Assembly (NCBI GenBank): GCA_963816395.1
Contig: CAWFKQ010000006.1
Location: 224,001-288,000, forward strand
Direction of reading: 5' to 3'
Source of the DNA: an uncultured delta proteobacterium
Lineage (GTDB): Bacteria; Desulfobacterota; Desulfuromonadia; Desulfuromonadales; JACZKF01
Length of the DNA: 64,000 nt
Part shown: piece after piece, positions 24,506 through 36,012 of the stretch
Position numbering within the stretch: position 1 is the first letter of the stretch
Layout: every line of letters begins with the position of its first letter
Made by a program: the position numbers and the translations under genes
Notes under the pieces: model-generated
The model's database searches: none
Told to the model about the DNA's origin: nothing
What the model saw: the letters and a program-made list of their open reading frames with translations, nothing else

Positions 24506-26206
24506 ATGGGGAAGACCCACATCCTGGTCATTGACGACGAAGAGAGCCTCCGTTTCACTTTCGCCACCTTCCTCACTGCCGCAGGATACGTGGTAACCAC
24601 CGCTGTTAACTATCAGGAGGCGATGTCCCTTCTGGCGCACAGCGGATTCGATCTGGTTTTCGCCAGCATTCAGCTGGACGGCGGCACCGGGGTCGATCTG
24701 CTGCGTGAAGTGAAGCGCCTCGGGCTGCTCTGCCCGGTGATTCTGATCACCGGCGCCCCGGATGTGGAAAGCGCCGCCGAGGCGGTCCGGTTGGGAGCTT
24801 ACGATTACATCCCCAAGCCGATCACCCGCAGCACTCTCCTGCGGGTGAGCCGGATGGCATTGACGCTGCGGGCTCTGGAACAGGAGAAAGAGAAATACCG
24901 GCTGAACCTGGAGACCATCTTCAACAGCGTCAAGGACGGCATTGTCACCGTCGACCGGGACTTGCGGATCGGCGAGATCAACCCTGCCGCCTGCCGTCTG
25001 GTTGGTCTCACCCGGGCTGATGTAGGCAAATCGTTCGATGACGCGGAACTGGACTGCCACCGTTCCTGGGTGTCGGCCCTGCGGGAATGCATGGAGACGC
25101 GGTGCCCCGTTGAGATCCATCGCCTGCAGAATGTCTCCCGGGGTGCGGAAGGGCAAGTGATATCCCTGTCGATATCGCCCCTGACCGATTCGCGGCAGCG
25201 CCATGCCGGCGCCGTGACCATGATCCGCGACGAAACCCGGCTGGATTTGCTGGAGCGCGACCTGAACGCCCGCATTCAGTTCCAGCGTCTGACCGGCGGT
25301 ACACCCCGGATGCAGCATATCTACCAGGTGATCGAGGCCCTGGCAGACATCGAGACGACCGCCCTGGTGACCGGGGAAAGCGGCACCGGCAAGGAACTGG
25401 TCGCCGAGGCGATCCATTTTGCCGGCAACCGCAGCAAGAAACCGCTGGTGAAAGTCAACTGCAGCGCCTTGATGGAAAATCTGCTGGAGAGCGAGTTGTT
25501 CGGGCATGTCCGGGGCGCTTTTACCGGCGCCATCAAGGACAAGATCGGCCGCTTTCAGAAAGCCGATGGCGGCACTCTCTTCCTCGATGAGATCGGGGAC
25601 CTCTCCCCTGCCATGCAGGTCAAGCTGCTGCGGGTGCTCCAGGAGAAGGAGTTCGAGCGGGTGGGGGATTCGACACCGATCAAGGTCAATGTCCGCATCA
25701 TTGCCGCCACCAACCGGAACCTGACAGCCAAGGTCAGGGAGGGCACCTTCCGGCAGGATCTCTATTATCGCCTCAACGTGATGAATATCCATCTGCCGCC
25801 GCTGCGCGAACGCGCTGCCGATATCCCCCTGCTGACGGAATCTTTCATCGACAAGTTCTGCAGGCAGTTCGACAAGAACATCAAAGGGGTCGCTCCGGAG
25901 GTGATGGAGCGGTTTCTCGCCTATCCCTGGCCGGGCAACATCCGACAGCTGGAACATGCCATCGAACACGCCTTCATCCTCTGTCCCGGCGCCATCATCG
26001 GCCCCGAGCACCTTAGTCCTGAAATTCTCAGTTGGATCCTTCCTCCGTCGGTTCAGGCGGCGAAGGCCCCGGCCGGGGAAGAGATCCGTTCGGCCCTGGC
26101 CAGGGCCGGTGGCAACAAGGCCAAGGCGGCCCGTCTGCTCGGCATCAGCCGCAAGACCCTCTACCGGAAACTGGAACGGCTTCGTCTCGCCGGCGCCGAC
26201 GATTAG
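24506..26206 (+). CDS. sigma54-dependent activator (REC-PAS-AAA+-Fis HTH)
   Basis: GESGTGKE, ESELFGHVRGAFTGA, WPGNIRQL, AARLLGISRKTLYRKL. Confidence 0.92.
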   Translation: MGKTHILVIDDEESLRFTFATFLTAAGYVVTTAVNYQEAMSLLAHSGFDLVFASIQLDGGTGVDLLREVKRLGLLCPVILITGAPDVESAAEAVRLGAYDYIPKPITRSTLLRVSRMALTLRALEQEKEKYRLNLETIFNSVKDGIVTVDRDLRIGEINPAACRLVGLTRADVGKSFDDAELDCHRSWVSALRECMETRCPVEIHRLQNVSRGAEGQVISLSISPLTDSRQRHAGAVTMIRDETRLDLLERDLNARIQFQRLTGGTPRMQHIYQVIEALADIETTALVTGESGTGKELVAEAIHFAGNRSKKPLVKVNCSALMENLLESELFGHVRGAFTGAIKDKIGRFQKADGGTLFLDEIGDLSPAMQVKLLRVLQEKEFERVGDSTPIKVNVRIIAATNRNLTAKVREGTFRQDLYYRLNVMNIHLPPLRERAADIPLLTESFIDKFCRQFDKNIKGVAPEVMERFLAYPWPGNIRQLEHAIEHAFILCPGAIIGPEHLSPEILSWILPPSVQAAKAPAGEEIRSALARAGGNKAKAARLLGISRKTLYRKLERLRLAGADD

Positions 26207-26580
26207 CGGGACGAAGAGACACCTTTGCCGGCTGGTTGAGGGACGGTAGCCCTCCTGTTATTTGCATCGGCAGCCTGCCCGGCGGTGACAGGTGACAGAA
26301 GTGTCCCGTCACAACTGTGGGTCGGTCACGGTTTGCCGATTGCCGTGCCTTAATGCAATCCCCTCCCACCTCTTTAAATTCCTGCGGGTTACCCCTTTAT
26401 CCCTCTCGGACCACCATCTAAAAGAATTTTTCCTTCATCCTATTTCCTTGCGGAATAGGAGACTTTCCCCTGTTACCAGACTTCCCTTGCCCCGAAGAAA
26501 AATTTGTAAATTACTAATTAGCAGATCTTCGGCATAAATCTCGGATTAAACCGCCCTGCGCATTGATCCGAGGACCGGTT

Positions 26581-28390
26581 ATGAAGAGCACTTTGCTGCT
26601 GCAGCCTGAAAAATCAACGATATCCGAAAAAAGGCTTCTCCCGGAGAGGCGATCCGAAGAGGCATCGGTGGCCGCTGCCGGGGGAGTCCGACGCGGCTTT
26701 CTGGCAGCCCTGCAGAGCCGGTTGGCAGCGGCGGCGGCTGGCACGGAGGAAAAGTTTCTCCTTCTCGGCAACCGGCTGGCCGATTTTCAGAGACGCTCGC
26801 GGGCGGTGGCCGGGCAGGCGACGGGCATCGCCAGCCTGCTGCCGGGGGAGGCGGCGGCTGAAACCCTCACCGGCCTGCAGTCGCTGATGGCGAGCCTGGG
26901 CCGGCACCAGGCGGAAATGGAACGCCTGGAGGATCAGGAGCGAACGGCGCTGGAGGGAATCGACGGCCTGCTGGAACGGCTCCTCGAGCCCCTGGCCGGA
27001 TTTCATAAGATCGTCAGAACCCTGCTGAATCTGGGCATCGCCACCCGGATCGAAACCTCCGGCAGTCACCTGGCTGGCAGCGGATTTCTCGTCCTTGCCG
27101 ATGAGCTGAAAGAGCTGGCGGGACTGATCGGCGGCCGCTCCGCTACTTGCCTGGAGCGGTTGCAGGGGGTCGGGGAGAGCTGCCGCGGTGCCAGGAAGAG
27201 ACTGGCCCAGGTCCAGTCGGGGCAGCAGGAAAAGGCGCGGGAACTGCTGCACCGGGGCGCGACCGCCCTCGACCTGCTGGTGCAGCGCACCTGGAGCACC
27301 ACTCGTCAGGCGAGCGAACTCTCCACCCGGACGGCCGGTTTTGCCGGGCATATCGGCGAAGTGGTCGCGTCCATCCAGTTCCAGGACATCGTGCGGCAAA
27401 AACTGATGCACGCACAGCTGGCCCTGGCCGATCTGGAAACCGCCAATCCGCAGGAGTCCGCCGCCGAATTCTGTGCTTTGCAGGCGGCGCAACTGCAGCA
27501 CGCCAGCACGGAACTGGCAGGGGCCGTACGGCAGATCATCGCCAGCCTGCGCTCCCTGGCCGGGGAAATCGGCCAAGTGGCGCAGCGCACCCGGGAAGTG
27601 GCCGGCATAACCGGCGCCGGCGGCGCCTCCGTCCTCCAGGAGGTCGCGGCCGTGATCGCCGCCATCACCCGACTGCTGCGGGAGGGGATGCACATCCGGC
27701 AGGAAGCGGCGGCGGCGATCGCGGACGGTGGCCGGGGCGATCGGCGATATGGCGGGTCTGCTGGAGGAGATCATTTCCCTGGGGGAAAAGATGAAGGTGG
27801 TGGCGCTGAACGCCGGCATTCTGGCGAGCCATGCGGGGAGGGAGGGGGCGGCCTTGGGGGTGATCGCCGAGGCGATCCAGCGGATGTCGGGCGAGGCTCT
27901 GGCCCTGACCGGAACCCTGGCCGGCGGGTGCCGGGAAATCATGACTTATGCCGATCACCTGGGTGAGGGAGAGAATTTCTCCGAGGAGCTTCCCGGAAGG
28001 CTCCTGGCGGATGCGACCGTCTTGCTGCAGCGACTGGAGGAGATCAACGGCAACCTCACGGGGCAGCTGCGGGAGATGGACACGGCTTCAGCGACCCTGG
28101 GCGGGGATCTGCGCCGGGTTGCCGCGGAAACCGACGTACACGAGGAGTTCACGCGGCGGATTGAAGAGATCCTGGAGCAGCTCAGGGGCTTCCGCTGGCA
28201 GCGCGCTGCCGGCGCCAGCCGTCAGGGCGGGCTGTTTCAGGGGCAACTGGAGCGCTACACGATGCGCAGTGAGCGCGAGGTTCACCAGGGGAAACGCCAG
28301 CTGCCGACGCGTGGCAAGGTTATCGACCTGCGGGAACTGCGGGAGAGCAGGCGCGGCAGCGAGCTGGGCGACAACGTAGAGCTTTTTTGA
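26581..28390 (+). CDS. soluble MCP-like chemotaxis protein (frameshift near 27725)
   Basis: Two degenerate hairpin tips (GFLVLADELKELA; ALNAGILASHAGREGAALGVIAEAI), QFQDIVRQ, C-terminal DNVELF; no TM segment. Confidence 0.75.
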
Positions 28391-28426
28391 ATCCAAAAAC
28401 ACCCACAGCAGCAGGGGAGAAAGCGC

Positions 28427-28789
28427 ATGGAGCAGAGCAAGGAGCGGCCGGCGGCAAACGGCAGATGGCAATGGCAGGGGGAGATGACCATCCAGCGGGT
28501 GGTGGAACTGCGTCAGGAATTGATGCAGGCCCTGGAGCGGACGGACCGGCTGCTGATCGATCTGTCGGAAGTCACCGAAATCGACCCGGCCTGCCTGCAG
28601 TTGCTGTGCTCCGGGCATCGCACCGCCACGGCCTTGAACAAGGAACTGACTCTGCTCGGCAGCGGCAGACTGGGTGAAACCCTGCGGCACACCGGTTTCG
28701 TCCGCCACGTCGGCTGCGCGCAGGATTGCAATCACAGCTGCCTGTGGGTGGAAGAGCAGGCGGAGAGCAACGAAAAAGATAAGAGGTAA
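28427..28789 (+). CDS. STAS domain protein
   Basis: GEMTIQRV..LLIDLSEVTEIDPACLQLL. Confidence 0.8.
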   Translation: MEQSKERPAANGRWQWQGEMTIQRVVELRQELMQALERTDRLLIDLSEVTEIDPACLQLLCSGHRTATALNKELTLLGSGRLGETLRHTGFVRHVGCAQDCNHSCLWVEEQAESNEKDKR

Positions 28790-28796
28790 ATAGATC

Positions 28797-29162
28797 ATGG
28801 CGAAAAAAATCATGACCGTCGACGACTCGCCGACCATCCGGCAGATGCTCCATTTCACCCTGCAGGAGGCCGGCTACGAAATAGTGGAAGCGGAAGACGG
28901 CCAGGATGCCCTGGCCAAACTGGCAACCGAGCCGGTGCATATGCTCATCACCGACTTGAATATGCCGCGCATCGACGGCATCGGCCTGATTCGGGAAGTG
29001 CGCAAGAATCCAGCCTTCCGCTTCATCCCCATCATCATGCTGACCACCGAATCGCAGGAGGCGAAAAAGAACGAGGGGCGGGCGGCCGGGGCCTCCGGCT
29101 GGATCGTCAAACCGTTCAAGCCCGAGCAACTGCTGGCGGTGGTGCGGATGGTACTGGTATGA
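28797..29162 (+). CDS. cheY: chemotaxis response regulator
   Basis: IMTVDDS, TDLNMP, MLTTES, WIVKPF. Confidence 0.92.
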   Translation: MAKKIMTVDDSPTIRQMLHFTLQEAGYEIVEAEDGQDALAKLATEPVHMLITDLNMPRIDGIGLIREVRKNPAFRFIPIIMLTTESQEAKKNEGRAAGASGWIVKPFKPEQLLAVVRMVLV

Positions 29163-31254
29163 ACCGTCACCTGGGCGATACTTTTCGCGAAGAGGCCCTG
29201 GAGATTCTTGCCGAGCTGGAGCAGGCCCTGCTCGAACTGGAGGAGCGCCCCGCCGATGGCGAGTGCATCGGCCGGGTTTTTCGCGCCCTGCATACGCTCA
29301 AGGGCTCCGGAGCGATGGCCGGCTTCGAGGCGGTCGCCGCCTTTGCCCACGAGCTGGAAACGACCTTCGAGCTCGTGCGCAGCGGCCGGCTCGCCGTCAG
29401 CCGTCCGCTGATCAATCTCACCCTGTCCGCCCGTGACCAGTTTCGGCGATCTGATCGAGGCGACCCAGGAAGACGACGGCGCGGCGCAAGCGGTGACTGA
29501 GATCGTGGCCGCTCTGCGCAGGCTGGCGGCCGGCTCCGCTGCTGCAGAAAGCAAGGCGACCACCGATTTCCGCCGCCACGGAGACCTATCGCATCCGCTT
29601 CCGCCCAGCCGCCGACCTCTTCCGCCGCGGGCTCAATCCGCAGAGCCTGCTGCGCGAACTGGAGCGTCTGGGAGAGTGCCGGGCGGTGGCGCAGGTGGAA
29701 AACATCCCGCACCTTGCCGAACTCGACCCCGAGAGCTGCTATCTCTACTGGGACGTGATTCTCAGCGCCGACTGCGGTCTTGACGCCATCCGCGACGTCT
29801 TCATCTTCGTCGAGGAGGACACCGAGGTGCGCGTGGAGCTGATCGACTCGGCCTGCCTCGCCGATAGCGGTACCGATTACAAGAAGCTCGGCGAAATTCT
29901 GGTCGAACGCGGCGACCTGTCCCTGGCGGATCTGCAGCGGATAATGGCCGAACGGGGGCGGCTGGGGGAGGCGCTGGTCGCCTCCGGGCTGGTCAGCGGC
30001 AGCCAGCTGGACGCGGCCCTGATCGAGCAGGAGCGGGTGCGCCAGCAGCGCCGCAGCCGGCAGGACGGCGAGGCGGCCGGCATCCGCGTGCGCTCGGAGA
30101 AGCTCGATGCCCTGGTCGATCTGATCGGCGAACTGGTCACCGTTCAGGCCCGCCTCAGCCAGCACGCCGCCGGCGGTGCCGACCCCGGCCTGCTGGTCAT
30201 CACCGAGGAGGTGGAGCGGCTCACCTGGGACTTGCGCGACCAGGTGCTCGGCATCCGCATGCTGCCCATCGGCACCACCTTCAGCCGCCTGCGGCGGCTG
30301 GTGCGCGATCTGGGCGAGGAACTCGGCAAGGAAATCGAGCTGATCACCGAAGGCGCCGAAACCGAGCTGGACAAGACGGTCATCGAGCGACTCTACGATC
30401 CCCTGGTGCACCTGATCCGCAACGGCATCGATCACGGCATCGAAGACCCCGCCGGGCGCCGGGACGCCGGCAAGCCGGCGCGGGGGCGCATCGTCCTCGC
30501 CGCTTCCCACTCCGGCGCCGACGTGACGCTGACGGTGGGCGACGATGGCCGGGGCCTGGATCGGGAGGCGATCCGGCGCCAGGCCGCGGCGCTGAACCTG
30601 CTGCCGGCTGACGGAGAAGCCACCGACCGGGAGCTGTTCAACCTGATTTTCCTCCCCGGTTTTTCCACGGCCGGGCAAGTGACCAGCGTTTCCGGCCGGG
30701 GCGTCGGCATGGACGTGGTCAAGCGGGCGGTGGACGGCCTTCGCGGGTCGATCGAAGTGGCCAGCCGTAAGGGCGAGGGGACTTCCTTCCTCATCCGCCT
30801 GCCGCTGACCCTGGCGATCATCGACGGTCTGCTGGTGCGGGTCGGCGACGGTTTCTACGTCCTGCCGCTGTCGGCGGTGGAGGAATGCATCGAACTGGGC
30901 CGGGAGGATCGAAAGAACGAGCGCAGACTGGTGCGGGTGCGGGGGGAGATCGTCCCCTACGTGCGGCTGCGGGAATTCTTCCAGATCGAAGGGACGGCCC
31001 CGGCGATCGAACAGGTGGTGGTGGTGCACGCCGAAGGGCAGCGTTTCGGGCTGGCGGTCGATTCGGTTATCGGCGGCCATCAGACGGTGATCAAGTCCCT
31101 GGGCAGGCTTTACCGGGAGGTGCCCGGGCTCTCCGGCGCCACCATCCTGGGCGACGGCACGGTGGCCCTGATCCTCGATCTGCCCCAGCTTGTCCAGATG
31201 GTTGAGGCCGCGGAAGGGATGCTGACGGAAGCATTTGCCCGGGTGAGGGGTTGA
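29159..31254 (+). CDS. cheA: chemotaxis histidine kinase (frameshifts near 29445 and 29575)
   Basis: FRALHTLKGS, DPLVHLIRNGIDHG, SGRGVGMDVV, C-terminal CheW-like domain. Confidence 0.93.
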
Positions 31255-31391
31255 ATTGGGTGGCATGAGGCGGCGGAGGTACGGTCAGAGGTTTTGGATA
31301 ACCTCTGCTCAACAGTAGACAACCCCGTGAGGTTTCGGGGCCGATCATAGCAACTAACGGTTTTAATCACTTGGGGAAGAGGGAGGAAAGC

Positions 31392-33489
31392 GTGAAGATT
31401 GCGGCTAAATTGGGGTTGGGATTCGGCCTGGTTGTTGCCATGCTGCTGGTGGTGGCCGGCACCGGCATTCTGCAGTTGCGCTGGGTCACCAGCGGCTACC
31501 AGGAGGACGTCGGGCAGGCCCAGAAAGCCAACGCCCTGGCCATGGAGGTCGATGCAGGCATTCTCGAAGTGCTGCGCAGCGAAAAGGATTTTATCGCCAC
31601 TCAGGATGAAAAGGCATACCAGCAGGGGCAGGGAATGCTCAAAAAGACCAGAGAGGCGGCCGAGGAACTGAGCCGGGTGGCGAGTACGGTGGATCCCAAG
31701 GTGGCTGAAAACGCCAGGGAAATTTTCCAAAATCTGGAAGGTTTCGGCGGCAAGTTCCAGGCGATGGTGGAAACCTCCAGAGTCCGGGGGTTCAGTGAGA
31801 ACGAAGGAGTACAACGAGAGTTTCGCGATGCCGTCCATGCGCTGGAGGCAGCTTTCGAAAAGCTTCAGCGCAACGAGTTGACCGTTCTGGTTCTGCAGAT
31901 GCGCCGGCATGAAAAAGATTACATGCTGCGCGGTGACGCCAAGTATGTCGACCTGACCCATGCCATGGTGGCGACCATCAAAGAGGAGGTGGGTAAAGCC
32001 AATCTGCCGGCGGCACTTAAACAGGAACTGATCGGTCTGGCGGAAAATTATCGGCAAGGGTTCGATCTGCTGGTCCAAAAAGATGGGGAAATCAGAAAAC
32101 TGCAATCAGAAATGGGCCAGGTGTTTGAAAAGATGATGGTCCTGACCGATGAAAATGCCACTCTGGCTGCCGCCAATGCGGTGGCGCATGACAAGGAGAT
32201 CGCCGCTTCGGCGCATTTCTCCGTTCTTCTGCTCTGGGTGATCAGCATCCTCTGCACGGTGGTGGCGTTCTTCTTCGCCTATTTCTTCGCCCGCAGCATC
32301 TCCCGGCCGGTCATCAAAGGCGTGGCGCTGGCGGAAGAGATCGCCCGGGGCGATTTCAGCGCCCGGCTCAACCTGGTGCGCTCCGACGAGATCGGCCAGT
32401 TGTCCGCAGCCCTGGATCAGAATGGCCGAAAGTCTGGCCAGCCAGGCTGCGGTGGCGGAGGAGATTTCCAAGGGGAACCTCACCATCAAGGTGGAGTTGG
32501 CCTCCGAAAAGGATCAGTTGGGCAAAGCGCTGCAGAACATGCTGCATATCCTCAATGATGTTCTGGGGCAGGTCAAGTCGGCGGCGGGCAATGTCGCCTC
32601 CGGGAGCCAGGCGATGAGCAGCGCCTCCGAGGAGATGTCGCAGGGAGCGACCGAGCAGGCGGCCAGCGCCGAGGAGGCTTCCAGCTCCATCGAACAGATG
32701 ACGGCCAATATCCGGCAGAACGCCGATAATGCCCTGCAGACGGAGAAGATCGCCGTCAAGTCGGCGGCCGACGCCCGCGAGGGGGGCGCGGCGGTCAACG
32801 AGACGGTCACGGCGATGAAGGAAATCGCCGGCAAGATCCTGATCATCGAGGAGATCGCCCGCCAGACCAACCTGCTGGCGCTGAACGCCGCCATCGAGGC
32901 GGCGCGGGCCGGCGAGCACGGCAAGGGGTTCGCGGTAGTGGCGGCGGAGGTGCGCAAGCTGGCCGAACGCAGCCAGGTGGCGGCCGGGGAGATCGGCAAG
33001 CTGTCGGCGAGCAGCGTCGATATCGCCGAGAAGGCCGGCAAGCTGCTGGAGACGATCGTGCCGAACATCCAGCGCACCTCGGAACTGGTGCAGGAGATCG
33101 CCGCGGCCAGCCGCGAGCAGGATTCCGGGGCCGAGCAGATCAATAAGGCGATCCAGCAGCTCGACATGGTCATCCAGCAGAACGCCTCGGCAGCCGAGGA
33201 GATGGCCTCCACCGCCGAGGAGCTCACCGGCCAGTCGGAGCAGTTGCAGGAGATGGTCGCCTTCTTCCGCATCGAGGAGAAGGGGGGAAGCCGCAACCGG
33301 ACCGTTGCGAAAGCAGCGGAGGGCAGGGAGAAGACCCCGTTTAAAGTAGCCCACCTGACCACCCCGGCAAAGAAGTCCGAAGGGAAGGAAAATCCCTCCA
33401 AGCCGCTGGCGGATTCGGCCGCCCAGGCGCAGGCCCAGCTCACCCGGGCTGCCGCCGACCGGCTGGATGACGAATTCGAGCGCTTCTGA
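31392..33489 (+). CDS. transmembrane methyl-accepting chemotaxis protein (frameshift near 32420)
   Basis: Two TM helices, [32 protein letters not shown]-terminal pentapeptide EFERF. Confidence 0.92.
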
Positions 33490-33515
33490 TGAAACCCGGG
33501 AAGGAGGGAAGACTA

Positions 33516-34013
33516 GTGAGCACGGAAATCGAAGCGGCACTGCAGTGCCTTACCTTTCGGCTGGGTGAGGAGGTTTTCGCGGTGGATGTTACCAAGGCGC
33601 GGGAAGTTCTCGATTTCTCCGCCATCACCCGGGTGCCGCAGACCCCCAGATTCATGCTCGGGGTGATCAATCTGCGCGGCAGCGTGGTGCCGGTGATCGA
33701 TCTGCGGCAGAAATTCGGCCTGGCGGCCGTCGAACGCACCCGCGACACCTGCATCGTGGTGCTGGAAATCACGGTAGATGGAGAAACGACGGTGGTCGGG
33801 GCGGTGGCCGATTCGGTGCAGGAGGTGCTCGAACTCGACCCGGATCAGATCGAGCCGCCGCCGCGCATCGGCACCCGGCTGAAGACGGAGTTCATCCGGG
33901 GCATGGGCAGCGTCGGGGATCGCTTTCTGATTCTGCTCGACATCGACCGGGTCTTTTCCGCCGAGGAGCTTTCCCTGGTGCAGACCGCCGGCGACGAGGC
34001 GCAGGTGGCATGA
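33516..34013 (+). CDS. cheW: chemotaxis coupling protein
   Basis: LTFRLGEEVFA, GVINLRGSVVPVIDLR. Confidence 0.92.
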   Translation: MSTEIEAALQCLTFRLGEEVFAVDVTKAREVLDFSAITRVPQTPRFMLGVINLRGSVVPVIDLRQKFGLAAVERTRDTCIVVLEITVDGETTVVGAVADSVQEVLELDPDQIEPPPRIGTRLKTEFIRGMGSVGDRFLILLDIDRVFSAEELSLVQTAGDEAQVA

Positions 34014-34045
34014 ATTCCCTCTGCGCTTCGCGACGGGAGGCTGGA

Positions 34046-34890
34046 ATGGAACAACTCCGGTGGGCTATCTCCCAGGAAGATTTTGCCCGCTTCAGCCACC
34101 TGATTACCACCCACTGCGGCATCCGCATGCCGCCGCAGAAAAAGGGGATGCTGGAAGCCAGGCTGCGCAAACGGTTGCGCAGCCTGGGGCTGGACAGTTT
34201 CGAGGACTATGGCGAACGTCTGTTCAGCCCGGAGGGGATGCGCGAAGAACTGGTCCATCTGATCGATGCGGTGACCACCAATAAAACGGATTTCTTCCGG
34301 GAGCCGGCGCATTTCGATTTTCTGCTGCAGCAGGCTGCCGCGCCTGATGCAAACCTACGGCGCCGGGCAGCATCGGCCCTTTCGCGTCTGGAGCGCCGGC
34401 TGCGCCAGCGGCGAAGAGCCCTATACCCTGGCGATGATCCTCGCCGAATTCGCCGCCGCGACCCCCGGCTTCGACTTCCATATCCTGGCGACCGACATCT
34501 CCACCCGGGTGCTGGAAATCGCCCGTCTCGGGGTTTACCGGGCGGACAAGGCGGAGCCGGTCCCGCCGTCGCTCAAGCGCCATTACCTGCTGCGCAGCCG
34601 CGATCCGGAGCAGAACCGGGTGCGCATCGTGCCGGAACTGCGGAGCAAGGTCACTTTCCGCCGCCTCAACTTCATGGACGAGGACTATGGGGTCCGCGAA
34701 CCGTTCGATATCCTCTTCTGCCGCAACGTCCTGATCTATTTCGAACGTCCCACGGCAGGAGCTTCTTCTCCGCCGGCTCTGCCGCCACCTGCCGCCCGGA
34801 CGCTTTCTGTTCACCGGTCATTCGGAGACCCTGAGCGGGATGGATCTGCCGCTCGTTCCCGTGGCACCTTCCGTCTACCGGCGGGTCTGA
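34046..34890 (+). CDS. cheR: chemotaxis methyltransferase (two frameshifts)
   Basis: [31 protein letters not shown]. Confidence 0.9.
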
Positions 34891-34899
34891 ACCGGGACC

Positions 34900-35980
34900 A
34901 TGGTGGCGAAAGAAGGTTCGCGTACTGATCATCGATGATTCGGCGGTGGTGCGCCAGACGCTGACGGAGATCCTGGCGGCCGACCCGCAGATCGAGGTGG
35001 TCGGAGTGGCGGCCGATCCGCTGATTGCCGTCGACAAGATCCGCCGGCTGCACCCCGATGTCCTCACCCTGGACGTGGAAATGCCGCGCATGGACGGCCT
35101 CACCTTCCTGCGGCAGCTGATGAGCCAGCATCCCCTGCCGGTGGTGATGTGCTCCAGCCTCACCGAAAAGGGGGCGGAGAGCACTTTCAAGGCCCTGCAA
35201 TACGGGGCGGTAGAGGTGATTCACAAGCCGCGCCTGGGCGCCCGCCAGTTCCTCGAGGAGTCGCGCATCCTGATCTGTGATGCGGTCAAGGCAGCCGCCT
35301 GCGCCCGGCTGCGGCCGCGGTCGCCGGCGTCCCTGGAGCCGCCGCCCAAGCTCACCGCCGATGCCGTGCTGCCGGCGGCGCGGGTCGAACCGATGCGCAC
35401 CACCGAAAAGATCGTGGCGGTCGGCGCCTCCACCGGCGGCACCGAGGCCCTGCGGGTCTTTCTCGAAGCGCTGCCGCCCGATGCTCCGGGAATCGTCATC
35501 GTCCAGCACATGCCGGAGCATTTTACCCGCGCCTTCGCCCGGCGACTCGACGGGCTATGCATGGTTTCGGTGAAAGAGGCGGAGACCGGCGACAGCGTAC
35601 TGCCCGGCCGGGTATTGATCGCTCCCGGCAACCGGCACCTGCTGCTCAAGCGCAGCGGCGCCCGCTACTACGTGGAGATCAAGGACGGCCCGCTGGTCTG
35701 CCGCCACCGCCCCTCGGTCGATGTGCTGTTCCGTTCGGCGGCGCGCTATGCCGGCAAGAATGCCATCGGCGTGATCCTCACCGGCATGGGGGACGACGGC
35801 GCGCGCGGCATGCGCGAGCTGCAGCAGGCCGGCGCCCGCACCTTCGCCCAGGACGAGGCGAGCTGCATCGTCTTCGGCATGCCGAAAGAGGCGATCCGCC
35901 TGGGGGGGGTCGAACAGGTGCTGCCGCTCGAGCAGATGGCGGCGGCTGTCCTCAAGGCCTATCGCGAAAGCGGGAAGTAG
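34900..35980 (+). CDS. cheB: chemotaxis methylesterase (frameshift near 34910)
   Basis: [25 protein letters not shown]. Confidence 0.92.
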
Positions 35981-36012
35981 ATTCGGAAGCAGGCAGCACG
36001 GAAGGGGAGAAG

